Shown here: positions 34,779 through 43,778 of the stretch, one piece after another | Position numbering within the stretch: the stretch's first letter is position 1 | How the letters are laid out: each line of letters begins with the position of its first letter | Origin: a virus | Taxonomy: Duplodnaviria > Caudoviricetes | Direction: 5' to 3' (one strand) | Length of the DNA: 52,099 nt | IMG/VR virus record: IMGVR_UViG_3300048858_000105 | Location: 1 to 52,099 of that record | Notes under the pieces: generated by a model | The model's input: the letters and a program-made list of their open reading frames with translations, nothing else | Told to the model about the DNA's origin: nothing | Databases searched by the model: none | Position numbers and translations under genes: made by a program

Positions 34779-35286
34779 CGCCGAACGACTGCGGGACTGC
34801 CCACGAGTCGGCGCCCTGCGGCGGCTGCTGAGTGGGCCACGAGCTGCTGCCCGGCGTGCTCCACGGCTCCTGCTGTGCCGGCGCGCTCGTCGCGGCGGCA
34901 CCGCCAGCGCGCTGCCCGCCGCTCTGCGCTCGCACGACCTGCGCCGTCGCGTAGCGCAGCGACGGCCCGATCTCATCGATCTCGAGCTCGATCGTGGTGC
35001 GCTTCTGGCCCTCGCGGTCCTCGTAGGAACGCTGACGGAGACGGCCCTGCGCGATCACGCGCATGCCCTTCGTCAGCGAGCCCGCGACGTGCTCGGCGAA
35101 CTCGCGCCACACCGACGCGCGGAGGAAGAGAGCCTCGCCGTCCTTCCACTCGCCCGCCTGGCGGTCGAAGTTCTTCGGCGTGCTCGCGATCGTGAAGTTC
35201 GCCACCGCGAGGCCGCCTTGCGTGTACCGCAGCTCCGGATTCGCCGTCAGGTTGCCAACGACCGTGACCACCGTCTCCCCAGCCAT
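34762..35286 (-). CDS. ssb: Single-stranded DNA-binding protein
   Basis: [22 protein letters not shown]...[11 protein letters not shown]...DDTPF. Confidence 0.97.
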   Translation of the reverse strand: MAGETVVTVVGNLTANPELRYTQGGLAVANFTIASTPKNFDRQAGEWKDGEALFLRASVWREFAEHVAGSLTKGMRVIAQGRLRQRSYEDREGQKRTTIELEIDEIGPSLRYATAQVVRAQSGGQRAGGAAATSAPAQQEPWSTPGSSSWPTQQPPQGADSWAVPQSFGDDTPF

Positions 35287-35531
35287 CAGCTCGCGGCCTT
35301 CTGCTTCGCCGCCGCCAAACGCGCATCCCGCGCGACCTGCGCCTCGTGCTTCTCCTTCGCGATCTCGGCCGCGATGAACTCGACGTCGACGTACCCGGCG
35401 AGGATCAGGCCCTCGGCCATCCGCACGCGCGTGTCCTTCTGCGACTGCGGCGACGTGTCCTTCAGCTTGTCGACGACGCGCTCGCGCACGGCGAGCCAAT
35501 CCGACGCCGCGTTCTCCGTGTTCTTGCTCAT
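35286..35531 (-). CDS. Hypothetical protein
   Basis: Coupled ORF starting [12 protein letters not shown]. Confidence 0.65.
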   Translation of the reverse strand: MSKNTENAASDWLAVRERVVDKLKDTSPQSQKDTRVRMAEGLILAGYVDVEFIAAEIAKEKHEAQVARDARLAAAKQKAAS

Positions 35532-35884
35532 GCTGTCTCCTTGAGTGCTTTCTGTTCCATGCCCAGCAGCCACGACAGGCGGCGCTGGGCGTCTCGGGCT
35601 TCCTTGTTCAGCGCGGCGATGCGGCGGCGCTTCTCCGCCTCGCTCGATCGCGCTTCCATGCGCGCGATGAACGCGTCAGCGGACTTCTCCGCGGCGGCGA
35701 TCCGCGCAAGCCAGTCGCCTCGCTCCCGCGCGGTCTTGGCGGCCTCGTGCGCGTCGCGCATGGCACGATCGGCGGGGCCGCCAATCCGCTCTTGCTTCAC
35801 TACGTCGACCGCGGGGAACTGCTCTGCGATCGCCGCGTCGCGGTCGATCAGGTCCCACCACTCCGGCACCTCGAAGACGCTCAC
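35528..35884 (-). CDS. Hypothetical coiled-coil protein
   Basis: GTGA/ATGA coupling. Confidence 0.65.
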   Translation of the reverse strand: MSVFEVPEWWDLIDRDAAIAEQFPAVDVVKQERIGGPADRAMRDAHEAAKTARERGDWLARIAAAEKSADAFIARMEARSSEAEKRRRIAALNKEARDAQRRLSWLLGMEQKALKETA

Positions 35885-36009
35885 GAGCGGGCCGCCTGCA
35901 GCTGCGCCGCGGCGTAGAGCCGGGTCATGTGCCAGTTGTCGATCCGCTCGCACGCAGGGCAGCCCTCGACCCCGTCGGCGCTCTGGGTGATGTGGTTGTG
36001 GTCGATCAC
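35881..36009 (-). CDS. Small hypothetical protein (GCPAC)
   Basis: Coupled on both sides. Confidence 0.55.
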   Translation of the reverse strand: MIDHNHITQSADGVEGCPACERIDNWHMTRLYAAAQLQAARS

Positions 36010-36692
36010 GAGGCCCTCCGGTAGTCGCAGAGGGTGCACGTCCCGTCCGCGAGCAGCTTGTGCCGCCCGTCCGGGCACCGAGCCCCAGGGATGACCGTGA
36101 ACGGCCGCGGTGCGCGCGCCTGATGCGCCGTGTACGCCATCCGCGCAGTCCCGCAGGCCCGGCACTTCACACCCGCCTTCGGACCGTTCGGCTGATGCTT
36201 CTCGCAGAACGGAGAGAGCGGCGCGACCGCGCCCTCTCCCTCGATAGAGGGAGTACGGGTCGGGTCGGGTCGGGTAGCGGAAGACACCCCGCGGGAGTCC
36301 CCGAACATGTCCCCAGGGGACACATACCGGCCGTCCTGACCACGCTCCGCACGGGACGCACCACGCTCACGCTGCACCCGCTTCTTCTCCCGCTCCTTCG
36401 CGCGGTCCGCCTCAACCTGCTCACGTGTCGGCTGATACCCCGCCCAGTCGTGGAACACCCACGTCCGGTTGTCCACCTGCGACCACAGCCCCGCGAGCAC
36501 GAGCTCGTCGGCGGACTCACGCGCCGCGCCTAGCATCCGCAGCGCGCCGAGCGTGATCACGCCGTCCGTCAGATGCTGGGCCGCGTACGACCCCGCGCGC
36601 ACCCACAGGAACCCCGCCTCGGGGGACAGCTCGATCACCTTCGGGTGCGACCAGAACGCGTCATCGACTTTGAACCAGACCGTCGGACTCAC
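36006..36692 (-). CDS. Putative replication initiator
   Basis: WFKVDD.F.SHPK...TDG.I...LV.AGLW...FHDW..YQP, a pattern common in actinophage initiators; PDPTR linker. Confidence 0.75.
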   Translation of the reverse strand: MSPTVWFKVDDAFWSHPKVIELSPEAGFLWVRAGSYAAQHLTDGVITLGALRMLGAARESADELVLAGLWSQVDNRTWVFHDWAGYQPTREQVEADRAKEREKKRVQRERGASRAERGQDGRYVSPGDMFGDSRGVSSATRPDPTRTPSIEGEGAVAPLSPFCEKHQPNGPKAGVKCRACGTARMAYTAHQARAPRPFTVIPGARCPDGRHKLLADGTCTLCDYRRAS

Positions 36693-36740
36693 CTCTCTTC
36701 TTCTCTCGGTACCTCGCGCAGGCGACAGGCATGCGCGCCA

Positions 36741-37193
36741 TCAGCGCCCCCCACGGAGGTTCAGGGCACGGGACTGGGCGGTGTCGTCCGCGATCGACTT
36801 CCACGCGAAGTAGGCGTCCTCGTCGTAGACGTCGAGCATCATGTCGAGCGCGACGGTCGCCGTGACGAACTTGCGGCCGTCTCCTTCGAGGACGAACCAG
36901 GCGTGCTCGTGCTGGAAGAACACGGGCACCTTCGTCGGGTCGGCGTGGAGCGAGATCTTCACCCCCCACGCCTTCGCGGTCGCTTGCCAGATCGGGTCCG
37001 ACTCGATCCAGCCGTTCACGATCGAGTCCAGCCACAGCAGACGGGGCAGCTCGTGCTTGTTCTTCCGGCCGCCCATCCCGCCGGCGCGATGCTGGGGGAC
37101 GAGTCGGTCGCCTGTCGTTGCGGTCATCGCGCACACGCGGCCGTCGCGACGTTCGAGGTCGCGGAGGACACGCATGGGTGTGTGGTCAGCCAT
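36741..37193 (-). CDS. Degenerate HNH-like protein
   Basis: RRDG.VC...QHRAGGMGG...NGWIESDP..A...G.KI. Confidence 0.6.
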   Translation of the reverse strand: MADHTPMRVLRDLERRDGRVCAMTATTGDRLVPQHRAGGMGGRKNKHELPRLLWLDSIVNGWIESDPIWQATAKAWGVKISLHADPTKVPVFFQHEHAWFVLEGDGRKFVTATVALDMMLDVYDEDAYFAWKSIADDTAQSRALNLRGGR

Positions 37194-37365
37194 CGTCGGC
37201 TCCTTCGTCGTGGCAGTGGCACGCCTCGCGATGCCACGCCGGGATTCGGTCACGGACGGTCGAATGTCCGTGTGGTGTCCAGCAGCAGGTGCGTTTGCAC
37301 GACGCCCGCGGCCGCTCGTGGGGCAGCGTCGCGGGCGCCGTGACTCGGATCTTCGAGAACGTCAT
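37186..37365 (-). CDS. Small Cys/His-rich protein
   Basis: C...CC...CHCH; coupled. Confidence 0.5.
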   Translation of the reverse strand: MTFSKIRVTAPATLPHERPRASCKRTCCWTPHGHSTVRDRIPAWHREACHCHDEGADDG

Positions 37366-37526
37366 GCGTGCCACCGGCACAGGTCGAACCCGCGTCGGCA
37401 CATCCAGCCGTCCTCCTTCTCCGCCCGCGCGCGCAGCTCCACCGCCGTCTCACGGTCGCGCGCCTTCACCTGCTCGGTGCAGCCCTCCTTGTCACAGGTG
37501 AGGGCGTTGAACGTGCGGGCGCTCAT
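37362..37526 (-). CDS. Small zinc-binding protein (54 aa)
   Basis: CDKEGC...GW...DLCRWH; coupled; not in the ORF track. Confidence 0.6.
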   Translation of the reverse strand: MSARTFNALTCDKEGCTEQVKARDRETAVELRARAEKEDGWMCRRGFDLCRWHA

Positions 37527-38134
37527 CCGACGGCCGCCTCGATGCGCTGCGCGGAGAGGTACTCAGCGGCGCGGATCAGCAACTCGGAACGGTCGCGGAA
37601 GTTGCCGAGACCGTTGTTGCAGCTGTGGCAGAGGATCCCGCGAACCTCGCCTGTCGAGTGATCGTGGTCGGTGTGCATTGCGTATCCGCGCGGGTCCGTA
37701 GGCGGCTCCTTGCAGATCGCGCAGACGCCGCCCTGTGCGGCGAACATCGCGTCCCACTCATCGACCGTCAGGCCGAACGTCTTGAGCAGGTGCGAGTTGC
37801 GGCGCGCGCGTTCGTACTGCGCGGGGTTGGCATCCGCCCACGCGCGCGTCTTGCTTGTGATGCACGCTCGGCACAGATGCCTCGCAGACCTGCCCATCTC
37901 GGACATCGGCCTGCGTTCGCCGCACGCTGTGCAGATCCGAACACCGGCGGCGAACTCAGCCGCCTTGTGTTCGCGATAGTCCGCGGTTGCCTTGTACAGC
38001 CGATCGCGATCCGCGCCGATCCATCCGCACTTGCAGCGCGCGCGGACGCCCTCGGGTGGGGTGTTCGCGAACTTCTCGTGCGTGCCGAGGTACTCGATTT
38101 CGCGGGCGTGGCCCGCCAGGACCGCGCCTGCCAT
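37523..38134 (-). CDS. Endonuclease VII-domain protein
   Basis: FGLT.DEW..M...QGG.CAIC...DHDH.TG.VRGILC..CN.GLG.F.D. Confidence 0.9.
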   Translation of the reverse strand: MAGAVLAGHAREIEYLGTHEKFANTPPEGVRARCKCGWIGADRDRLYKATADYREHKAAEFAAGVRICTACGERRPMSEMGRSARHLCRACITSKTRAWADANPAQYERARRNSHLLKTFGLTVDEWDAMFAAQGGVCAICKEPPTDPRGYAMHTDHDHSTGEVRGILCHSCNNGLGNFRDRSELLIRAAEYLSAQRIEAAVG

Positions 38135-38199
38135 CAGCTGACCTTCCCGCCGTGGATGATCGCCCACGCCCACGGCTGACGAACCGTCAAGATGCGCAT
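38134..38199 (-). pseudogene. Truncated ASCH-domain gene stub
   Basis: MRILTVRQPWAWAIIHGGK matches the ASCH N-terminus but stops before the expected E.R motif. Confidence 0.8.
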
Positions 38200-38225
38200 C
38201 GCCGCCCCCTCGATAGAGTTCCTTC

Positions 38226-38657
38226 ATGGATCTGGTCACTGCTGTCGGCGACACCATCCCGGCCTGGCTCGGCGGCATCGGCGGAATCCTCGCGGCCCTC
38301 ATCGCTGGCTACGCCTTGTTCAGGGCAACGCGCGCAGAGGAACGGCACGTCGAGTGGCAGATCTCGAACGAGCGTCGTGACGGCCGCCGCACTGGCGTCT
38401 GGCGTCTCGTGAACACCACCTCGGGGGTGAAAGCGCTCGTGACCGGGTTCGATAACGTGAGCAACGGCGAACGCGATGCTCTTCGCGGCGGCCTCAATCT
38501 CCCGGCTGAGGTAGCCCCTGGGCACTGGATGCCCTTCGACCACTCGCGCAGCATGGCGAGCCCTTACCCGACAGTCGTCCGTGTGAGCTGGCGCGAGGGT
38601 AAGCCGCACGGGCGCATCCGCAGGAGGACATACTCCAGCACGCTCTACGTCGACTGA
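38226..38657 (+). CDS. N-terminal-TM moron protein
   Basis: One TM plus a beta-rich domain; opposite strand; TAGAGT 6 nt upstream. Confidence 0.8.
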   Translation: MDLVTAVGDTIPAWLGGIGGILAALIAGYALFRATRAEERHVEWQISNERRDGRRTGVWRLVNTTSGVKALVTGFDNVSNGERDALRGGLNLPAEVAPGHWMPFDHSRSMASPYPTVVRVSWREGKPHGRIRRRTYSSTLYVD

Positions 38658-38761
38658 CGCGGTCACGCCGCCACTGCCAGCAGGAAATCGGCGACTGCGT
38701 GACCTAGATCACGGGCAGCAGACGGTGTCACGACGGCCACTGCGATCACTAGGGTTCGAGC

Positions 38762-39337
38762 ATGGACGGCTTCGACTGGGCACAGTTCTCGTGGTTCCCT
38801 CCGCTGTTCGCCGGAGCGGCTCTGACGGCGTTCTTCGGGTGGCTGGACAGCACTGTGAAATACCGACGCGACCGATCGCTGCGGGCGGAAGTGCTCAAGA
38901 ACGAGAGCGAAGAGCGCCGTCGCATTGAGGGGCGCGAGCACGCCCAGCGTGCGCTCACGCTTGTGTCTGACATTCGCGACGACTTCGAGACGAAGCGCTT
39001 TAGCAACCTCCCTACGCTGAGCATGGAATGGGATGGTCAGCGCGTCAGGGCGCTTCGCGATGCCGGACTCCTGATCCCTGAGGAGCGTGTTCGTAGTGCC
39101 GTAGCCGACGCGACGAACATCGTTACCGCGTCCAGCGTTCTCGCGGATGCCGAGGGATGGGAAACGGTTCCTGCTGAACTGCAGCGCGGGGCGGTCGCAC
39201 GCCTTCGAGTCATCGTCGCTGCGTACCTCCGCGGGGACGATCTGCCCGCAGACCCGTTGGAATGGGTCACGACGAAGGCCGCCGCGCTTCAGGCTGAGTG
39301 GAGGCGGGCTGTTGAGCGGGAACAAGGCGGGGACTGA
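38762..39337 (+). CDS. N-terminal-TM moron protein
   Basis: One TM plus a helical domain; opposite strand; TAGGGT 6 nt upstream. Confidence 0.8.
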   Translation: MDGFDWAQFSWFPPLFAGAALTAFFGWLDSTVKYRRDRSLRAEVLKNESEERRRIEGREHAQRALTLVSDIRDDFETKRFSNLPTLSMEWDGQRVRALRDAGLLIPEERVRSAVADATNIVTASSVLADAEGWETVPAELQRGAVARLRVIVAAYLRGDDLPADPLEWVTTKAAALQAEWRRAVEREQGGD

Positions 39338-39342
39338 CGTGC

Positions 39343-41928
39343 TCACGCGGCGTCTCCTTCTTCGATAGCGAGCAGATCGAACAGGGAGGGCGTCGCCTGC
39401 TCCCGGTCCAGCTCGCGCTGGTACATGACGGCGTCGCGGAACGACGTCGGGTTGAGTTCGGACGCCCGGCCGCGGCGGCCGAGCTTCCGGGCGCGCAGCG
39501 GCACCGTGCCAAGGCCGCCGAACGGGTCGTACACGAGCTCGTCCCGGTTCGAGAACCGCTCGATCAGCCGGTCGACGATGTCGAACTGCAGCGGGCAGAT
39601 GTGGAACTCGAGCGCGCGCCGGGACTGCTCCCCGTTGAGGGTGAGCATCCGGTTCACGTCGTCCCACACGTCCCCGCGCCACGACCCCGGGTCGAGCGAC
39701 TTGAACGTCGACGGCAGCGCCCGCTTCGCTTCGAGCGCCTCGCCCGTGGCGACGTGCGCGCCGAAGTCGTAGACGTGCGACTTCCACTGCTGCTTGAACA
39801 GGCGCGACCGCATCTCCGGTGCGAGCGCGACGAGCTCCTCCGGCGTCAGCAGCCGATCACCGCTGGATCGCCAGTCTGCGGCGGCGTCGATCTGCCACCG
39901 GGCGAGCGAGTAGTCGGCGACGTCCTTCGATATCCGCGTGTCGGCATAGCCCTTCGCGCGGTCCGACTGCGGCTTGTGGAATAGCAGGATGTACTCCGGC
40001 GAGCCGACGCCCATCTTGGAGCCGTCCTTGCGCATCTCCGTGTACCCGAGGCGATAGGTCTGGTTGTTCTCGCGCACCACGTCGGTCGTGACCGTGATCA
40101 TGCCCATGTAGTCGAAGCCGTGCTTCAACCCGTGCGCGAGCGCCTCGGCATGAAACGGCGAGACGGTCGGGATGCCGGCGCCCGTGACGTTGCCGAACTG
40201 GATCCGGTCCTTCACGTGGCAGGCATAGATCCGGCCGGGCTTGAGCACCCGCAGCAGACCGGGCGTGAGGTAGTCCATCTGCTGCCAGAAGTGCTCGTTG
40301 TCGTCGGTGTGCCCGAAGTCGTTGTAGCTCGGCGTGTACTCGTAGTGGTTCGAGAACGGGATCGACGTGACGATCAGGTCGACCGAGTTCTCGGTCATCT
40401 GGTCGCGCACTTCGAGCACGCTGTCGTTCAGCGCGATCAGCCACTCCTGGCCCGCCTCCTCGCGTCGCTCGACGCCCATCGACCGGGTCAGCGCAGCCGA
40501 GATCGCATCGGGGTTGAGGCCGAACTCGCGGATGACGTCCGACATGGTGTCGGTCAGCGCGTCGTGCTCCTGCCACTTCGCCAGCAGGGTGTCGCGGATC
40601 TCCGACTCGGTCTCGGCGTAGATCAGATGCACGGTGCACGCGCGGGTCTGCCCGAACCGCTGGATCCGGTGCACCGCCTGGATGGTGTCGTTGAACTTGT
40701 ACGTCACCCCGACGAACACGGCGACGTTCGCCTGCTGCAGGTTCATGCCCTGGCCGAGCATCACCGGCTTGCCGATGAGGGCGTACGTCTCGCGGTCGCG
40801 CCACTGCTGGATCCGGCGCTCTGCCTCGATGTCGTCGAGTCCGCCGTGCACCGACGAGAACGACAGGCCCTCGGCGGCCAGCGCGCGCTCGATTGCGGAC
40901 TGCTCGTCGTTCAGGTCACACCAGAGGATGATCTGCTCGTCCGACGAGTGCTGAGTGCGCACGATCGTCATCAGCTGCGCGACGCGCTCGTCGAGTGTCT
41001 CCCGCTTCTCGCGCGCGGCGCCCTGCAGCGACATCGCGCCGCCGCGGACGAGCACGCCCTGACCGTCGCGGTCGATCTCGTCGGACTGCACGCCGACCTG
41101 CACCTGGTGCCAGTCGATCGTCAGCGCCGGGAGGTCGTAGCCCTCATCCGAGTGGCCGAGGTCGGACGGGCGCTGCACGAAGCACGCCCACGTGTTCAGC
41201 CACAGCCAGAACTCGCGCTCCTTGTGCGGGTACAGGCGCAGGTTCCCGGCCTTCGAGCTGTCGCGCTGGAAGAACCGCGTGAGGGCCTGGCCGGTGTCCA
41301 TGATGCCGAGGAACCCGGCGTAGTGGATCAGCTCCTTGTGGCGGTTCGGCGACGGCGTCGCGGTTGCGACGAACCGGTACGGCAGGCCGTCGAACAGGCC
41401 GAGGAACTCCTGGTAGGTCTTGGATCCGAACGAGCGCAGCACCGACGCCTCGTCGAGCGAGACGGCGTCGAACTGGTCGACGTCGAGCTTGCCGTCGCGG
41501 ACGCTCTCGTAGTTGGTGACGTAGATGCCGGACCAGTCGGAGTCGATCTCCTCCGTGCGTCGGATGAACCGCACCTCGATGTCGAGCAGGTCGCGACCGT
41601 CGCGGATGAACTCGCCGCGCACGCCGAGCGGCGCGATGATGAGAGCCCGGCCGCCGGCGACCTGCGATCCCGGGTGGGTGATCGTCAGCCGCAGCGTCTC
41701 CAGCTGCATGATGCTCTTGCCGAGGCCGAACTTCGCGAAGATCGCCCGGCGCCCGCCGGCGACCGCCCAGCGGACGATGTCCCGCTGGTGCGGCAGGAGG
41801 ACGGGGGAGACGTCGTCCTCGTGGACGGGGAATCCGAAGGTCTTGTCGAACGCGACCTTCTCGCGGATGAACGCCTCGTACGGGGCGGTCGGGTGGTCGA
41901 GGAACGTGGGGGACAGTAGAGCGCTCAA
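39343..41928 (-). CDS. SNF2-type helicase / N6-N4 DNA methyltransferase fusion
   Basis: GLGKS, LDEAS, TATPSPN and QA.HRI.RFGQ helicase motifs; TSIPF and YDPFGGLGT methyltransferase motifs; TTGA coupling at 41928. Confidence 0.9.
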   Translation of the reverse strand: MSALLSPTFLDHPTAPYEAFIREKVAFDKTFGFPVHEDDVSPVLLPHQRDIVRWAVAGGRRAIFAKFGLGKSIMQLETLRLTITHPGSQVAGGRALIIAPLGVRGEFIRDGRDLLDIEVRFIRRTEEIDSDWSGIYVTNYESVRDGKLDVDQFDAVSLDEASVLRSFGSKTYQEFLGLFDGLPYRFVATATPSPNRHKELIHYAGFLGIMDTGQALTRFFQRDSSKAGNLRLYPHKEREFWLWLNTWACFVQRPSDLGHSDEGYDLPALTIDWHQVQVGVQSDEIDRDGQGVLVRGGAMSLQGAAREKRETLDERVAQLMTIVRTQHSSDEQIILWCDLNDEQSAIERALAAEGLSFSSVHGGLDDIEAERRIQQWRDRETYALIGKPVMLGQGMNLQQANVAVFVGVTYKFNDTIQAVHRIQRFGQTRACTVHLIYAETESEIRDTLLAKWQEHDALTDTMSDVIREFGLNPDAISAALTRSMGVERREEAGQEWLIALNDSVLEVRDQMTENSVDLIVTSIPFSNHYEYTPSYNDFGHTDDNEHFWQQMDYLTPGLLRVLKPGRIYACHVKDRIQFGNVTGAGIPTVSPFHAEALAHGLKHGFDYMGMITVTTDVVRENNQTYRLGYTEMRKDGSKMGVGSPEYILLFHKPQSDRAKGYADTRISKDVADYSLARWQIDAAADWRSSGDRLLTPEELVALAPEMRSRLFKQQWKSHVYDFGAHVATGEALEAKRALPSTFKSLDPGSWRGDVWDDVNRMLTLNGEQSRRALEFHICPLQFDIVDRLIERFSNRDELVYDPFGGLGTVPLRARKLGRRGRASELNPTSFRDAVMYQRELDREQATPSLFDLLAIEEGDAA

Positions 41929-42491
41929 CGCCCAACTCCATTCGTTGCTACGGCGTGGTCGGCCGGGATGATGTCGAACGGTGCGCCGTGGTGGCGGGCG
42001 CACATCGCCGCGAGCACGAGGGCGTCGGCTTCGTCGTTGCCCGTCACCTCGACGTCGGGGTAGCGGCGAATGACAGCCGCGAGAACGGCATCCTTCGGGG
42101 CATTGCCCTTGCCTGTCGCGTACTTCTTGACCGATGTCGGCGGGATGATCACGGTGTCGATGCCGCGGCGCTCGAGCTTGGTCCGGACGAGCCACCACAG
42201 GCCGCCGCGCTCGTGGGCGGAGCCGCCCGTCGATCCGAAGGACGGCCCCTCGATCGCGACATGAGTGTGTTCCGTCGTCGGGACGTGCTCGAAGATCTCG
42301 GCGACGAGTCGGATGAGTCGCTCAGCCGTACCGGCGGTCGTCGGGGCTGGCTTGGACGTCACGCGGGACACGGTCGCGTGGCCCCTGTGGGCGACCGCGA
42401 TGCCGGTCGAGGTGAGGGACAAGTCCAGGCCGATGAAGATCGGCTCCGGAGGGGCCTGTACGGTGACAGCGCCCAGGTCGAGAGTGCTCAC
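41925..42491 (-). CDS. RuvC-like Holliday junction resolvase
   Basis: IGLDLSLTSTG, AIEG, KKYATGKGNA.K and DEADA motifs. Confidence 0.9.
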   Translation of the reverse strand: MSTLDLGAVTVQAPPEPIFIGLDLSLTSTGIAVAHRGHATVSRVTSKPAPTTAGTAERLIRLVAEIFEHVPTTEHTHVAIEGPSFGSTGGSAHERGGLWWLVRTKLERRGIDTVIIPPTSVKKYATGKGNAPKDAVLAAVIRRYPDVEVTGNDEADALVLAAMCARHHGAPFDIIPADHAVATNGVGR

Positions 42492-42515
42492 GGTGGTTCC
42501 TTCGGGGTATGCGAA

Positions 42516-42545
42516 GGGCCGCCGTCGCGAATGCGACGACGGCCC
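42516..42545 (-). terminator. Intergenic hairpin
   Basis: 13-bp stem with one G-U pair and a 4-nt loop. Confidence 0.45.
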
Positions 42546-42559
42546 GTGGGAGAAGGGGG

Positions 42560-43165
42560 TCAGATGGCGAGGGACGTGCGGAGCTGCCGCACCCACTCGT
42601 TCTGCGAGCGCACGCGGTTCTGCTCGTCCACCAGCTGCTGGCGCGCGTCCGCGACGCGCTTCGACAGCTCCGCGAGGTGCCGCGCGCGGTACTGCGCGAC
42701 CTCCACCCGCTCGGGGACGGGCGGCTCATAGTGGCCCGTCAGGGAGCCGCAGTCGAACCGCTCCGACTCCTCGAGCTGTTCGAGCATGAACCGCTTGAGG
42801 CCGTCGTGCTCCTCGGACGGCGGCTCCCACGCCCTGACCTGCTCCGCCATCTCTCGATACCGCGCCCGCAGCTCACGCTTCTGCTGCAGGTACTCGTCGC
42901 GATACCGGATGGCATCGGCGATCTCCTCGTCCTGGCTTGCGGCCCACTCGTCGTCCGAGCGGCCCTCCGCCTCGAGCAGCTCGTCCATCGCGTCATGCAC
43001 GCGCTGCTCCTGGTAATCGGCGACGACCATCTCGCGAATCTCCACGTCGGGGCTCTCGTCGCGCTGCAAGATCGCCGCACCCATGGCACGCGAACACCGC
43101 AGCACGAACTCCGCGAACGTGATCTCCTTCCCCTCGTAGATCGGGGCGGTGTACCCACTGGGCAT
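42560..43165 (-). CDS. Conserved phage hypothetical protein
   Basis: MPSGYTA.I..G..ITF.EF.L.C.RAMGA...W.PP..EH..LK.FM.EQL. Confidence 0.8.
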   Translation of the reverse strand: MPSGYTAPIYEGKEITFAEFVLRCSRAMGAAILQRDESPDVEIREMVVADYQEQRVHDAMDELLEAEGRSDDEWAASQDEEIADAIRYRDEYLQQKRELRARYREMAEQVRAWEPPSEEHDGLKRFMLEQLEESERFDCGSLTGHYEPPVPERVEVAQYRARHLAELSKRVADARQQLVDEQNRVRSQNEWVRQLRTSLAI

Positions 43166-43413
43166 CAGTTCTCTCCTCTCAGCCAGGCTGACTCGTAGTA
43201 CGGAAGGGACGGGTCGATGTGCAGCGCACCCTCGGCCCAGAGCTCGGCCGCGGCCTTCTCTTCGAACGGCTTGCGGATCAGGTCGCCCACCACCGGCCAG
43301 GGGATCGCGGGCTTGGACAGGGCATACAGGGTCTGGGCTCGCACGATGATGCGGTCCATGTCCTCGTCGACGTACTCGGCGTAGGTCTTCTTCGGTGCGG
43401 TCTCGGTGCTCAT
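43165..43413 (-). CDS. Hypothetical protein
   Basis: Coupled ORF starting MSTETAPKK. Confidence 0.65.
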   Translation of the reverse strand: MSTETAPKKTYAEYVDEDMDRIIVRAQTLYALSKPAIPWPVVGDLIRKPFEEKAAAELWAEGALHIDPSLPYYESAWLRGEN

Positions 43414-43778
43414 GCGTCGCTCCCGTGGTCGGCGTACAGCTGGCGTTCGGCGCGCTCCGTGGCGACCTCCGAACGCAGGGCGTCGGCGACCGCGGCGCAC
43501 CAGCGGAGGCGCGCCTTCTTCGCTTCGACGGTGGATTCCGCGGCGCGGAACTCCTTGTGCAGACGGTGAGCCTCGGAATCCGCGTCCGCCATCCGCTCGG
43601 CGGCGGCCTGCGAGAGCTTCTGCTCCTGGTGCTTGGCCGTCTCCATGACCACCGCCCGGCGGTACTCGAGGTCTGCCTTCCGGGCGCCGTAGGCGGTGAT
43701 CGCGGCGTCGAACTCCTTGATCTCCCGGTCCCAGCGCATGAGGTGATCGTTCAGGCGCTGCTGTGTGGGGAGCGGCAT
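43410..43778 (-). CDS. Coiled-coil protein following the recombinase
   Basis: Helical, 122 aa; coupled to the recT stop. Confidence 0.7.
   Translation of the reverse strand: MPLPTQQRLNDHLMRWDREIKEFDAAITAYGARKADLEYRRAVVMETAKHQEQKLSQAAAERMADADSEAHRLHKEFRAAESTVEAKKARLRWCAAVADALRSEVATERAERQLYADHGSDA

Noticed and set aside
39343-41928. BREX/DISARM or restriction-modification defence locus
   Set aside because: No partner genes are present, and the fusion is embedded and translationally coupled in the lytic early operon.
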